From contig NW_003314335.1 in the NCBI RefSeq assembly GCF_000143415.4, positions 808,655 to 872,654 of the forward strand: a stretch of DNA of 64,000 nt, read 5' to 3'. Numbering within the stretch: position 1 is the stretch's first letter; each line of letters starts with the position of its first letter. The DNA is from Selaginella moellendorffii. Lineage: Eukaryota > Plantae > Lycopodiophyta. Of this stretch, positions 1 to 9,596 are shown piece after piece. Under the pieces are notes generated by a model, which ran no database searches, was not told the origin of the DNA, and saw nothing but the letters and a program-made list of their open reading frames with translations. A program made the translations under genes and the position numbers.

Positions 1-1673
1 CATCAATTCGGGATACAATCCAATTGAGCTAGAACTTACAGTCTGGCGGCTCGGCTTGGCTGAAAGCTCGGCAACAAAACCCACCCCACACGAATCCTTG
101 TCCAATGCAGGATCGTAAAGTCCAAGAGGACCCTCTGGCACTTGGGACATGGACGACATGGTGACCACGCAGCGGTACATTCTCCGCTCCCCATTCCATC
201 GCTGGAGATGGCTGCTGCCAGTGCCCCATCTATCCAAATTTCTCGAGGGCAAAAAACTAGTGTGAAGAACCTTCAGTCCGGCGGTCGCGCATGACAAGGA
301 CGGCACAGCTGAGCTCAAGCGGCTGGAGCAGATTGACCCCAAAGCGGTAGCTTCCGTTGCTCGAGCGCGGCGGTGCATCCATGCTGCCTGGTTCAAGGAC
401 AATCCCAGGCAAGCCTGCATAGCTGCTCTCGATCTCTACGCTCGCACCAAGAAGCCTCGAATCAAGCCCTCGCGCGAGTGAAATGCGGGCGGCAGCGATC
501 AGGCACACAATTCCTCGAAATCTTGAATCGGACTCGCTCGCAGGGGGGATCCTCTCTCGACAATCACAGAGATCTCTCGGGGGACGCACCGCCAAAGATC
601 GATCGCTCACTGCCTAGAGGCCAAACCCTAGCGCCTGATCGAAGACTAGGAAGCACCACAGCATGGGGAAATATAAATAGCAAAAATATTATTTGTTTTT
701 AAATCTAACATGGTGGGACGTGGCAAGGGCCGGTAGGACGGGTAGCTCCGTCAATGGATTAAACGGCTGGGATTCATCCCACACAGCGCATCGTAAAAGG
801 ATAAGCTCGATCAAAAAATTAAAGTTTGCGAGATTCGACAAATGTGTCCTATCAAGGTGTAAGTTACTCTTGGCCTCTCAACTTTGCCAATAGACAGGCA
901 ACGCTTAAGAGCGGCCAGAGACAAAGGGTGCCTGTGTAGCCAAAAAATCGAGGGCTTATCGCCTGGAGTTCTTCCAACTTAACCATCGATCTTCATAGGC
1001 TCGCTTGGAAAATCTCCAGATTTTAAGCTCCTGACTTGTCTCGCGGAAAAGAATGTCTCCTGTTTCAAGTTCCACCCGGCATCAAATCTCTTACGGACAG
1101 AAAAGAAAAAAAGAATAAAAAGAAAACTAGAAATCGAAAGCTTACAACATACCAGCAAACTGTAGGTGGAGGAGAGATCGCTTTCGCTTAGTTTTTCTTG
1201 CGGAATCTTATAAATGTTGGCGTCTAGTCGCCCCTTAGCAGCAGCCTGGCAACATCCATCAGGCATTAAAGATAGAGAATAAGAACAACCGAAATAAAAA
1301 AGAAAGAAACAATACGAGAAGGAAACGTGCCCGCCACGAAAACAATGCTTTGAACACGACACACGATTCCCGGTTAGATCTTAATACAAAGAAGAAACAA
1401 GCAAACCTCTCGAGCTTCGCAATCTTTCATTATTTTACTCCCAAGAGCCAGTGGTCCTGATGCCATCGCTGGGAAGCGCAAAACCGACCAAAAAAAAATA
1501 CGGAGGGTAGTGTTCCTCGCGTCACAGTTGACCCCACACAAATAAATTCCCAGAGATATATAACTCGTCCATGTGAAAAATTGCGTGAAAAGCCTGCAGA
1601 TACGAGCGATCAGAACGACGGTGACGTCGTCAACTTTTGTCCTAGAGCAAACCTTGTCGCGACAGGTTTGCAG

Positions 1674-3680
1674 TTAAATATATCGCACGAGCTTCCTTAA
1701 CTCGGCGCCGTTTCCGTTGGTCAAGAAGAAGAGCCGGTTGATGGCATCCTCCTGAGGCTCATTGTGCAACAGATTTTGCCTGAGAAACAGCCAACAGTTG
1801 TAAAGATGTCAAGGAAAAGAGGAGACCGCAGCATTACTTGTGATAGTATCGAATTGCGGCGTGAATCTCTTCCTTGTCTGCGCGAGCAACGTCAATTCGA
1901 AACCTCTTCGGAGCTCCGGGAAGTTCCAGGGGAAGCTTGCCGACAGCTGTCGACTGTGAAAAGGCTCCAACAAAGAGTTGACGCGATGTTTCCATCCTCC
2001 GGAAAGCGCTCACCTGTAGTCAGACAGGACCATCAGGTTTGAAAATGAAAGGTGAAGTTAACAAACCATTCCTAGCTCTTTGGCATGGATTTGACGAGTC
2101 TTCTTAAAATCCAGGAATTGGTGATACTCGCTGAACGTAAACCAACTGTTAAACTGCAACAGGGACCCAGAATGGTCAGAAGGAAAACATTGAAACCACG
2201 TATGCAACCTCGTCAACCGCGATCAGCACTGGGAATTCTGTGACGAGATCAAGCTCTTGTCTCAATCTCACAACGATGTTGGAGGCAGCAGCTTGCACGT
2301 CAAGCCCCTTTTCCACAAGATCTTTCACGGTCGAGTTCTCCGGCATAGTAATTTCTTGTGGACCTGGTATACGACCAAGCGCAGCAGCTTCACCCAAAAA
2401 TATAGGATCCGGAACACGACACTTGATCTGTTCCAGCATTTCGCCATGACTATCCAAAAACTCCTACAAAATGAAGCAAATTAGTTACAAGCATAAAAAC
2501 TGCAAGTGAATGCTTACCCGTAAAACCTTCTGAGCTTGTATAGGTGTGTCCCAAAGTCCAGTAAGCTCATTCAAATAATAGTACCCTCCCCTGGTCCATT
2601 CTTGGCCCCTGGGTACGTAAAAAACAAGCCAACCTTGAGCACGAGCCCATTGGACAATCACCGCGAGAGCAAAACTTTTTCCACATCCTACAGGTCCATC
2701 GAGAATGTGGTGCTTGGAGCCCCTCATCCCTGAGAGATGTTACAAAGGTCAGACAAAAAACACAAGAGTGCCTAAACTTACTTTGATCTTTCTTGCTAGA
2801 TATATGAAGCTTCATGCCGTCGTCCTTCTTTGCCTCTTCATCCTCATCTTCCGCATGAGTATCATCTTTGTCTTGGACCTCTTCGCTCGACTTCTCTCCT
2901 TCTTCAGAGGTAACACTTGTGTCGGATTCCTCGCTCTTCACGCTAGCTTTCGGCTTATCCGCTTTCACAAAGACGGCATCCCTGGCGAGATTATAAGGCA
3001 AAACTTCCGGCGAGACGAAAGCAAACTCGCCAGTGGCGGAGTACTGGAGCTTGTTAATGATTTCAAGAACGCATCTTCTAACTCGAACGAACCTGCTTCT
3101 CGACATCTCGAATTCTTTCATAACTCCCTTAGGAAATCCTTCAGTAAAGTACTTCGTCACATCCTCCTCACTGCAAAAGAAAAAAGAGAGAGCGTCTTCA
3201 GTCTCCATTTCTCGAAGAAGAATGAAGAATAGAAACTCACCTTATGTGGAAGTACTTGTTGATATCCTCGGCAGTGATCTCGTGAACCTTCCTTGCTCCA
3301 GTGAAGAGATTGTCCTCGGCAATCTCTCCTGGTTCCTTAATGGTATAATCCTCAATGCCTACAGTCCCTGTGCTACCACCACCCCCTTCCGATGCTCCAG
3401 CGCCTCCTTTCCCAGACCCCTTCCCTCCAGCAGCTCCTTTCTTCCCTCCTTTGGCCGCCTGAGGGCCTTTCTTCGTCTTGGCCTTGGGCGTCACGGCTCC
3501 CTTCTTCGTCGTCGCAAACCCGCGCCTGAAATCCAATCCTCCCAGGCCTACATTGCTCAATCCATGATCCCCGCCGATAATCGCCGCAGCACATTCTCTA
3601 GCATCACATCGACACAGACCTGTGCTTGCGCTCCGCGGCACTGATCGAGCGAGGCGCCATAGCCGCGCCGCGGCGGACAT
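1674..3680 (-). CDS. DAP3: Mitochondrial small-subunit ribosomal protein mS29 / DAP3 (multi-exon)
   Basis: Arg/Ala-rich transit-like N-terminus (MSAAARLWRLARS). P-loop LDGPVGCGKS, WARAQGWLVFYVP, FPVLIAVDE. The last exons splice to ...LFFLTNGNGAELRKLVRYI* (TAA at 1674-1676). Short GT-AG introns. Confidence 0.9.
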
Positions 3681-3708
3681 CGCCAGAGTCTCTCCAAGAG
3701 GAAGAACC

Positions 3709-5931
3709 CTAGCCCAGGGGTTTTAGGGCTCTACTTGGCACGATTCCATCCGTCGAGAGGGAAAGCTTTCTGACCGTCGGATCTCTGTACATGTTGGAGA
3801 GAAGCACGTAGCCCGCCACATTCTTGGCGTCCATATCCACCATTCTCTGCGACGCTCGAGCTCCTCTCTTGGAATCCTTGTGGCTCTTGCACCCGGCTAG
3901 CAGCGCCGTCCAATCCAGCGAATCCGGCACGAATGGCATGGTATGGATGAGCTCCTCCGATTCCTCTAGATGCCCCGATCGCGCGAGAAGATCCACCGCG
4001 CAGCTATACAATTGCTTGGTGGGTTTCACGCCGTGATCCATTTGCATCGATCGGAAGCACGCGAGCCCATCCTTGAACTTGCCACTGTGGCTGCAAGCCG
4101 CGATCGCGCACACGATCGTTGCCTCGTCGGGTGATTCTGCTGCCAAATTCATCGCGCCAAAGAACTCCATTGCGATCTCGAAGCTCGCCTTTTGGGCGAA
4201 TGCCGCAAGCATCGCCGTCCACGACACGCGGTCGCGCTCGTCCATGGATTTGAAGAGATTCGCCGCATCTTCCACGCGCCCTTTCTGGGCATATGCCGAA
4301 AGGATCACCGTCCACGACACATTGCTTCGTTCCTCCATGCTATCGAAGAAACTCTTCGCCTTGTCGAGATTCTCGTTTAGAGCATATGACGCGAGCATTG
4401 CGCCCCACGCCACTGCGTCTCTCTCCTTCATGGCATCGAAAAACTTCTTAGAATCTTCTAGATGCCCGTTCTGGGCATATGCCGCGAGCATCGCGTTCCA
4501 CGACACCCTGTCGCGCTCTTGCATCCGGTCGAAAATGCTCTTGGCGTATTCCAGATGCCCATTCTGGGAATATGCAGAGAGCATCGCGTTCCACGACACA
4601 AGGTCGTGCTCGCGCATAAGATCGAAGAGATTCTTCGCATTTTCCAGGTTCCCACTGCGCGAGTGCGCGCAAAGCATTATGTTCCACGAGATTTGGTCAC
4701 GTTCCTCCATCGCACCAAAGAGGTTCCTCGCTGTCTCAATATGCCCGTTTATGGCATATGCCGAGAGCATTGCGTTCCACGACGCAAGATCCCTCTCTTG
4801 CATCTCATCGAAAACCTGTTTAGATTCCTCAACCAGCCCTTGCTGGGAATATGCCACTAGCATCACAGTCCACGAAATAAAGTCCCACTCTTTCATCCGA
4901 GCAAACAAGCTCCTTGCCTCAGGGATATTCCCGGAAGCGGTATATGCCGAAAGCATCGTGTTCCACGATACCAGGTTACTCTCTCGCATTGCGTAAAAGA
5001 GGGCTTTAGCCTCTTCTATGTGCCCAGTCTGGGCATAGGCACTCAGCATTGTGTTCCACGAAACTAAGCTCCTCTCTGGCATTCGATCAAAGATCTTCTT
5101 GGTGCTCTCCAAATCCCCATTTTGAGCATACGCCGACGCCATTGCTGTGAGCGAGATCATGTTTTTCTCGCGCATCCGAGCAAAGAGCCGCTTGGCCTCG
5201 TTGAATTGCCCGTTCTGCGCATACCCGGCAAGCATTGCATTCCACGAGACAAGATCCCTCTCGGGCATCGTCCGGAAAACAAGCTCGGCCTCCTCGATCA
5301 TCTTGTTGTCGGCATAGGCGACGAGCATCGCCGTCCAGGAGATCATGTCCCTCTCGAGCATGGAATCGAAGAGATTCTTGGCCTCGTCAATGAGACCCTC
5401 CCGGGCCAGGGCCGTGAGCATCGCGGTCTCGGAGAAGATGCTCAATTCAGGCATCTTAGCGAAGAGATTCCTGGCGTCTCCCAGCCGTCCATTGTCCACA
5501 AACGCTGTAAGCATCGCCGTCCATGAGACTCTATCCCTCTCCCGCATGGAATCGAACACGTGCTTGGCCTCGTCCACATGCCCGTGCTGGGCAAGTGCGT
5601 TGATCATGACCGTCCACGTCACCAGGTTGTGCTCGGGCATGGCCGAGTATATACCCCGGGCCTCCTCCAGATGCCCGTTCTGGGCATATGCCGAGAGCAT
5701 CAGTGCCCAGGAAAAGACGTTCTTCTTGGCCGTCCCGTCGAAGACTCTCTTGGCATCTTCCACGCCGCCGCGGGTGCCGTACATCTGGAGGAGGAAATTG
5801 GCCATGTAAACATTGGATTGGACGAGGTGCGCCACACGAGAGTGTACGGCCTTGAGCTGGGCGAGTGTCTTGGTTGCCCTGATCTGCTCGAGCCCGGCAT
5901 TGACCTCTAAGTTGGTCATCTGGAAGGGCAA
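3709..5931 (-). CDS. PLS-class PPR protein with long SS-motif array and E domain (RNA-editing factor-like)
   Basis: Intronless 740-aa ORF with about 19 tandem 31-aa motifs (DLVSWNAMLSAYAQNGHLEEAK.LF..M.ER), then ACSHSG...AVDLLARSG...MPFVPD..W..LL E-domain. No DYW. First ATG is probably near 5919. Confidence 0.93.
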   Translation of the reverse strand: MPFQMTNLEVNAGLEQIRATKTLAQLKAVHSRVAHLVQSNVYMANFLLQMYGTRGGVEDAKRVFDGTAKKNVFSWALMLSAYAQNGHLEEARGIYSAMPEHNLVTWTVMINALAQHGHVDEAKHVFDSMRERDRVSWTAMLTAFVDNGRLGDARNLFAKMPELSIFSETAMLTALAREGLIDEAKNLFDSMLERDMISWTAMLVAYADNKMIEEAELVFRTMPERDLVSWNAMLAGYAQNGQFNEAKRLFARMREKNMISLTAMASAYAQNGDLESTKKIFDRMPERSLVSWNTMLSAYAQTGHIEEAKALFYAMRESNLVSWNTMLSAYTASGNIPEARSLFARMKEWDFISWTVMLVAYSQQGLVEESKQVFDEMQERDLASWNAMLSAYAINGHIETARNLFGAMEERDQISWNIMLCAHSRSGNLENAKNLFDLMREHDLVSWNAMLSAYSQNGHLEYAKSIFDRMQERDRVSWNAMLAAYAQNGHLEDSKKFFDAMKERDAVAWGAMLASYALNENLDKAKSFFDSMEERSNVSWTVILSAYAQKGRVEDAANLFKSMDERDRVSWTAMLAAFAQKASFEIAMEFFGAMNLAAESPDEATIVCAIAACSHSGKFKDGLACFRSMQMDHGVKPTKQLYSCAVDLLARSGHLEESEELIHTMPFVPDSLDWTALLAGCKSHKDSKRGARASQRMVDMDAKNVAGYVLLSNMYRDPTVRKLSLSTDGIVPSRALKPLG

Positions 5932-6558
5932 AAGTAATTAGGGCTATAGATGCCCACGTTGGGCATATGCCAAGGAATTTTTGCTAAAGGGTAAGAGTAA
6001 TTAGGGCTCGAGCATTTTTCAAGGTTGATTAACGTGGCGGCACTGACGTCCGTTGGATTGGATGGTTTGTTGGTAAAATCGGGAAAAAAGAACGAACGAA
6101 ACCCTTGTTTCCTCTCTTACCTAGTGTTGCGCTGTCGACGCATCGCGGCGTGTGGCGCGGAGTGGGGCGCGGGCGGAGGCGAGGCGGCACGATTGAATCG
6201 CCGGGCTGAGATTTCGCAGTGCCGGCAAGGTTTGTGGTCTTCGATCACAGCCGCGGGGCAAAGAATCGCATCGATTTGGCTGACCGCTTGCGAAAATGCC
6301 AGCCAAGAAGAGAGTGTAGCTCGTTCTTGCGGGAGCTCGGTGGCCGGGAGCCCTATCCTGGCGTGGGAATTCAGTCACTCTAGGTAATGTGGGCAATTTC
6401 TTCGTGGATAGGGTGTTTCTTAACGATGCCCTAGGGAGCAGCAATTGGGAAATGCGGTTCTGGGAAGAGAGGCTCGTCCGGGAAGAAGAAGAACAAGGCA
6501 AAGAGAAGAAAGGTGGGACTAAGAACACAGCAAAGCTCTAGTGAATGAGGAGGTGGAT

Positions 6559-8799
6559 ATGAGGGATATGAATGCCACAGTTGAGAGTGAGACGACTACT
6601 ACAGCTTCGGCACAGGGGGAGCCGCCATGGTTACACGTCCGGCGGGAGCCATTCGAGTACGGCATGCTACCACTGCCGAGCTTGATGCACCACGATGGAG
6701 TTGGGTCTCTCCGGGAGCTCCGGGAGAAGCTGCTGGACAAGTCTATCCCGCAAACATCCTGGCAGTCGGGAGGAGCGAATGCTTCCGAGGATTCGTCAGC
6801 GATGGCTCAGCAGCCAAGCAGACGCGTTGGTGTTGCTGCGATTGTCGAGTGCTTGGGACTTTCGGAGGCGCATGCTCTACTGGTGTTGGATACTCTGGCT
6901 TCGGTCTTGCCAGATGGAGACGACTGTGATCAGCTGGCTCGGGCTTATGCAGCGGAGATTGACACAGTCGGAGCACACGTCGACGATCTTCTTCTCTTCC
7001 TATATATTCAGATCTATCGGAGGGTTCCTCCACGCTCTCACAAGGATCCGGCGGCAGTAGCAGACGTTTGGCCTTCTACGTCGCCGTTTGATGGATTCTT
7101 TTCGACACTTTCGCCTTTGCAAGTAAGCAAGCACTCTGGTTTTTATTTCAAGTTCTTGTGTTCTTGTGTTCTTGCTCACGACAGGTTAGGCCTACAAGAA
7201 AATCCGTTCCTTGTCAAGTGGAAGAGGAGGCGCACCAGCTTGCATTCGTCCAGAAGCATCTCTCATCTTTACTGGCTTTGCTGGTCGATCTGGAGGAAGA
7301 CGGTGCAAAGGTAAAATGATCAAGAGCTATTTGTTGGAAGCCATTGATCTGATTCGACATGTTTTTCTTAAGGTTCTGTCAGTTGGAAGCTTCGATCGTC
7401 TCGGAATTATTTTTCGGCCAGTTGACGCGCAATGCAACGCAAGATCGCTCAGCCAGACCGCTCCTTTCTTTGCGGGTTCTGATCCGGATATGCCTGCTGT
7501 TCCGGTGCCTTTGGCTCAAGCACACGACTGGATTTTGGAGCACATTTCGACCCAAGCTCAACGAACAAAATGTTCAGGCAAAGAAAACGGGCCGAATGAA
7601 GAGAACGACATCACTATGATTGATGCTGTCGGGGCACAGGCATGGGTTCCAAATGGTGTGACCAAGAACAGGGAGTGGTGCTTCGAAGGGCTGACATTCG
7701 TTGATGGGGTGACCAAAGTATCCACCATAAAGAGCGAAAGCGATGTCACTGGTGACACGTTGAAGGTTTATACGTCTTACACCAGAGTTTTATCTTGACA
7801 TAGTTCTTTCAGGTATCGAACTGTCACGATGCGGTGGTTTACGTTCTGGCGCCAACTAAGTATGCGTCTGTGTTTGGCTGCTCGGATTCCATTGTCGTCC
7901 TTGGTGCGGTTGGAAAGGTAGCGTGGTATCGACTGTTTCTTGTTACTAATTCTCTGTTTGAATGCAGGCCGTGAGGATAGAGCACTGCGAAAGAGTCCAG
8001 GTGATCGTGCCCTGTGCAAGAATCTGTATAGCGAATTGCCGGGAGTGCGTGTTCTTTCTGGGTGTCAATCAACGTCCACTCATTCTCGGTAATAACTATA
8101 ATCTTCAGGTAAAGGTCATATCATTGTTGGTTTTTTTTTTCTAAAAGCTTCTACCGTATTTACCAGGTCGCTCCGTTCAACACGTTTTATCCAAAACTTG
8201 AAGCACATCTTGCTCAAGTTCGAGTGGATCCGACTGTCAACAGATGGGACAAGATTTTGACATTGGGGGTTATCGATCCACATGACTCCTTACCCCATCC
8301 TGCTGGTGTTGCTGACGCTCAAGCGGAAGGTGCCAGCGTCGTTCCGCCGGATAGATTTACTAATTTCCTGGTAAGATGACGTTCTGGATTCCTTTGGCTA
8401 GCTGCTCACAATACTGATTTTTCAGATTCCAAGATGGAACGGAGGAGAATCCGAACAGAATTTTACGAGGGCGAATCCGTTTTTGTTACCGAAACTTTAT
8501 CTGATGGCGCAGCAGCAGCGGGTGAGTTTTTCTTTTTGCTTGTTTCCTTTTTCCTTTACTGACTTTTTTGAACAGAACAAGGCAATGGAGAACTTGCGCC
8601 ACTTGCTGCAGAATGTTCCCCTGGACGATAATCGTAAGCGGGACCTGTCGAATGCAATTCACGCACACTTCAAGGAATGGTTATACGGTACGGCTTGAAC
8701 TTTTTCTCTTGTGACTTGAATAAGAATGTTGTTTCTGCAGGGTCCGGAAATATTCGTCAGTTATACGACCTTCAGATCGCTGACAAAGGGACGGAGTGA
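6559..8799 (+). CDS. TBCCD1: TBCC domain-containing protein 1 (multi-exon)
   Basis: VRREPFEYGMLPLP N-terminus, ADVWPSTSPFDGF, and a TBCC/CARP beta-helix (VSNCHDAVVYVLAP, AVRIEHCERVQVIVPCARICIANCRECVFFLGVNQRP). Last exon GSGNIRQLYDLQ...TGA at 8797-8799. Confidence 0.9.
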
Positions 8800-9143
8800 T
8801 CTTGTTGTGGCCTGTAAAAGGTCTCTTTTAAAGCGCCATTGACATGAAGGCATCCTTCACACTCAAGGCTCGGACGGCATCCGAATTGTGGAGGAAAAAG
8901 ACACAATGGTTTTGATGATGGAGTCCGAAGCTCCAGAGAGATCGTTGTTGGTCAGGTTAGTCCATTGCGGTTTCCGATCCTGCTCAGCTGCTGATGGTGT
9001 CTCCTTGCAGATGTGCAAGGTAAGCTAGATCTGTGTATCATTTGAATGGCAAAATAATATGAAAATTTGCTTTTCTTTCGCGAGTTTGTGTTCGTTTTTG
9101 TTATTTCAGGTTGTGAACGGGTGGTACGTTCTTTGCCATGCTT

Positions 9144-9554
9144 TTACTTGAACATTCGCTCTTCCGAACTGATGGGAATGTTATTTGCAGACATATCTCG
9201 GCGTTCCATGACACCATCCTGATTGAAAGTCCAGTGCTCGATGCCGTAAGCTCGCCACCACTGACCAGCCACTTCGTCCAGGTATTCGTACTCAAATTCC
9301 ACAGCGATTTTGTTGTCGTTGTGGCAGAAGTAACGCTTGCGAAGTTTGTACCTCTTCTCAACATCCCATTTTTTCTGGAGGAAGCCGATGATTTCCTCAC
9401 GGCCTCGGAGAAACTGGTCCCTGTTGCGCCACACGGAATCAGGGGTGTATGCGAGAGCTACCTTATTGGGGTCTTTGGTGTTCCAGAGATCCTCCGCTCG
9501 CTGGACCTTCGCTTTGGCCGTCGCTTCCGTGAACGGTGGAACCAGAGACGCCAT
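9144..9554 (-). CDS. DUF1348 / SnoaL-NTF2-like fold protein, bacterial/fungal type, intronless
   Basis: 136 aa from ATG 9554: PPFT..TA..KV..AED.WN..DP..VALAYTPDS.WRNR..FL.GREEI..FL..KW, IAVEFEYE, QW.RAYG.E.W.F, typical of DUF1348. Confidence 0.85.
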   Translation of the reverse strand: MASLVPPFTEATAKAKVQRAEDLWNTKDPNKVALAYTPDSVWRNRDQFLRGREEIIGFLQKKWDVEKRYKLRKRYFCHNDNKIAVEFEYEYLDEVAGQWWRAYGIEHWTFNQDGVMERRDMSANNIPISSEERMFK

Positions 9555-9596
9555 ATGGGACTTAGGGGTCCGACTTGGGGGTTCCAACTCTTTAAG

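Noticed and set aside
29-229. Possible first exon of a minus-strand gene leaving the window (ATG 229, GTAAGT donor at 39)
   Set aside because: No recognisable domain and no downstream exons available to test it.
979-1480. Exon/intron-like pattern downstream of DAP3
   Set aside because: Could not assemble a consistent open frame. May be UTR introns or a non-coding transcript.
4073-5809. Long plus-strand ORFs opposite PPR genes (also 10350-12194)
   Set aside because: Antisense shadows of GC-rich repetitive coding sequence.
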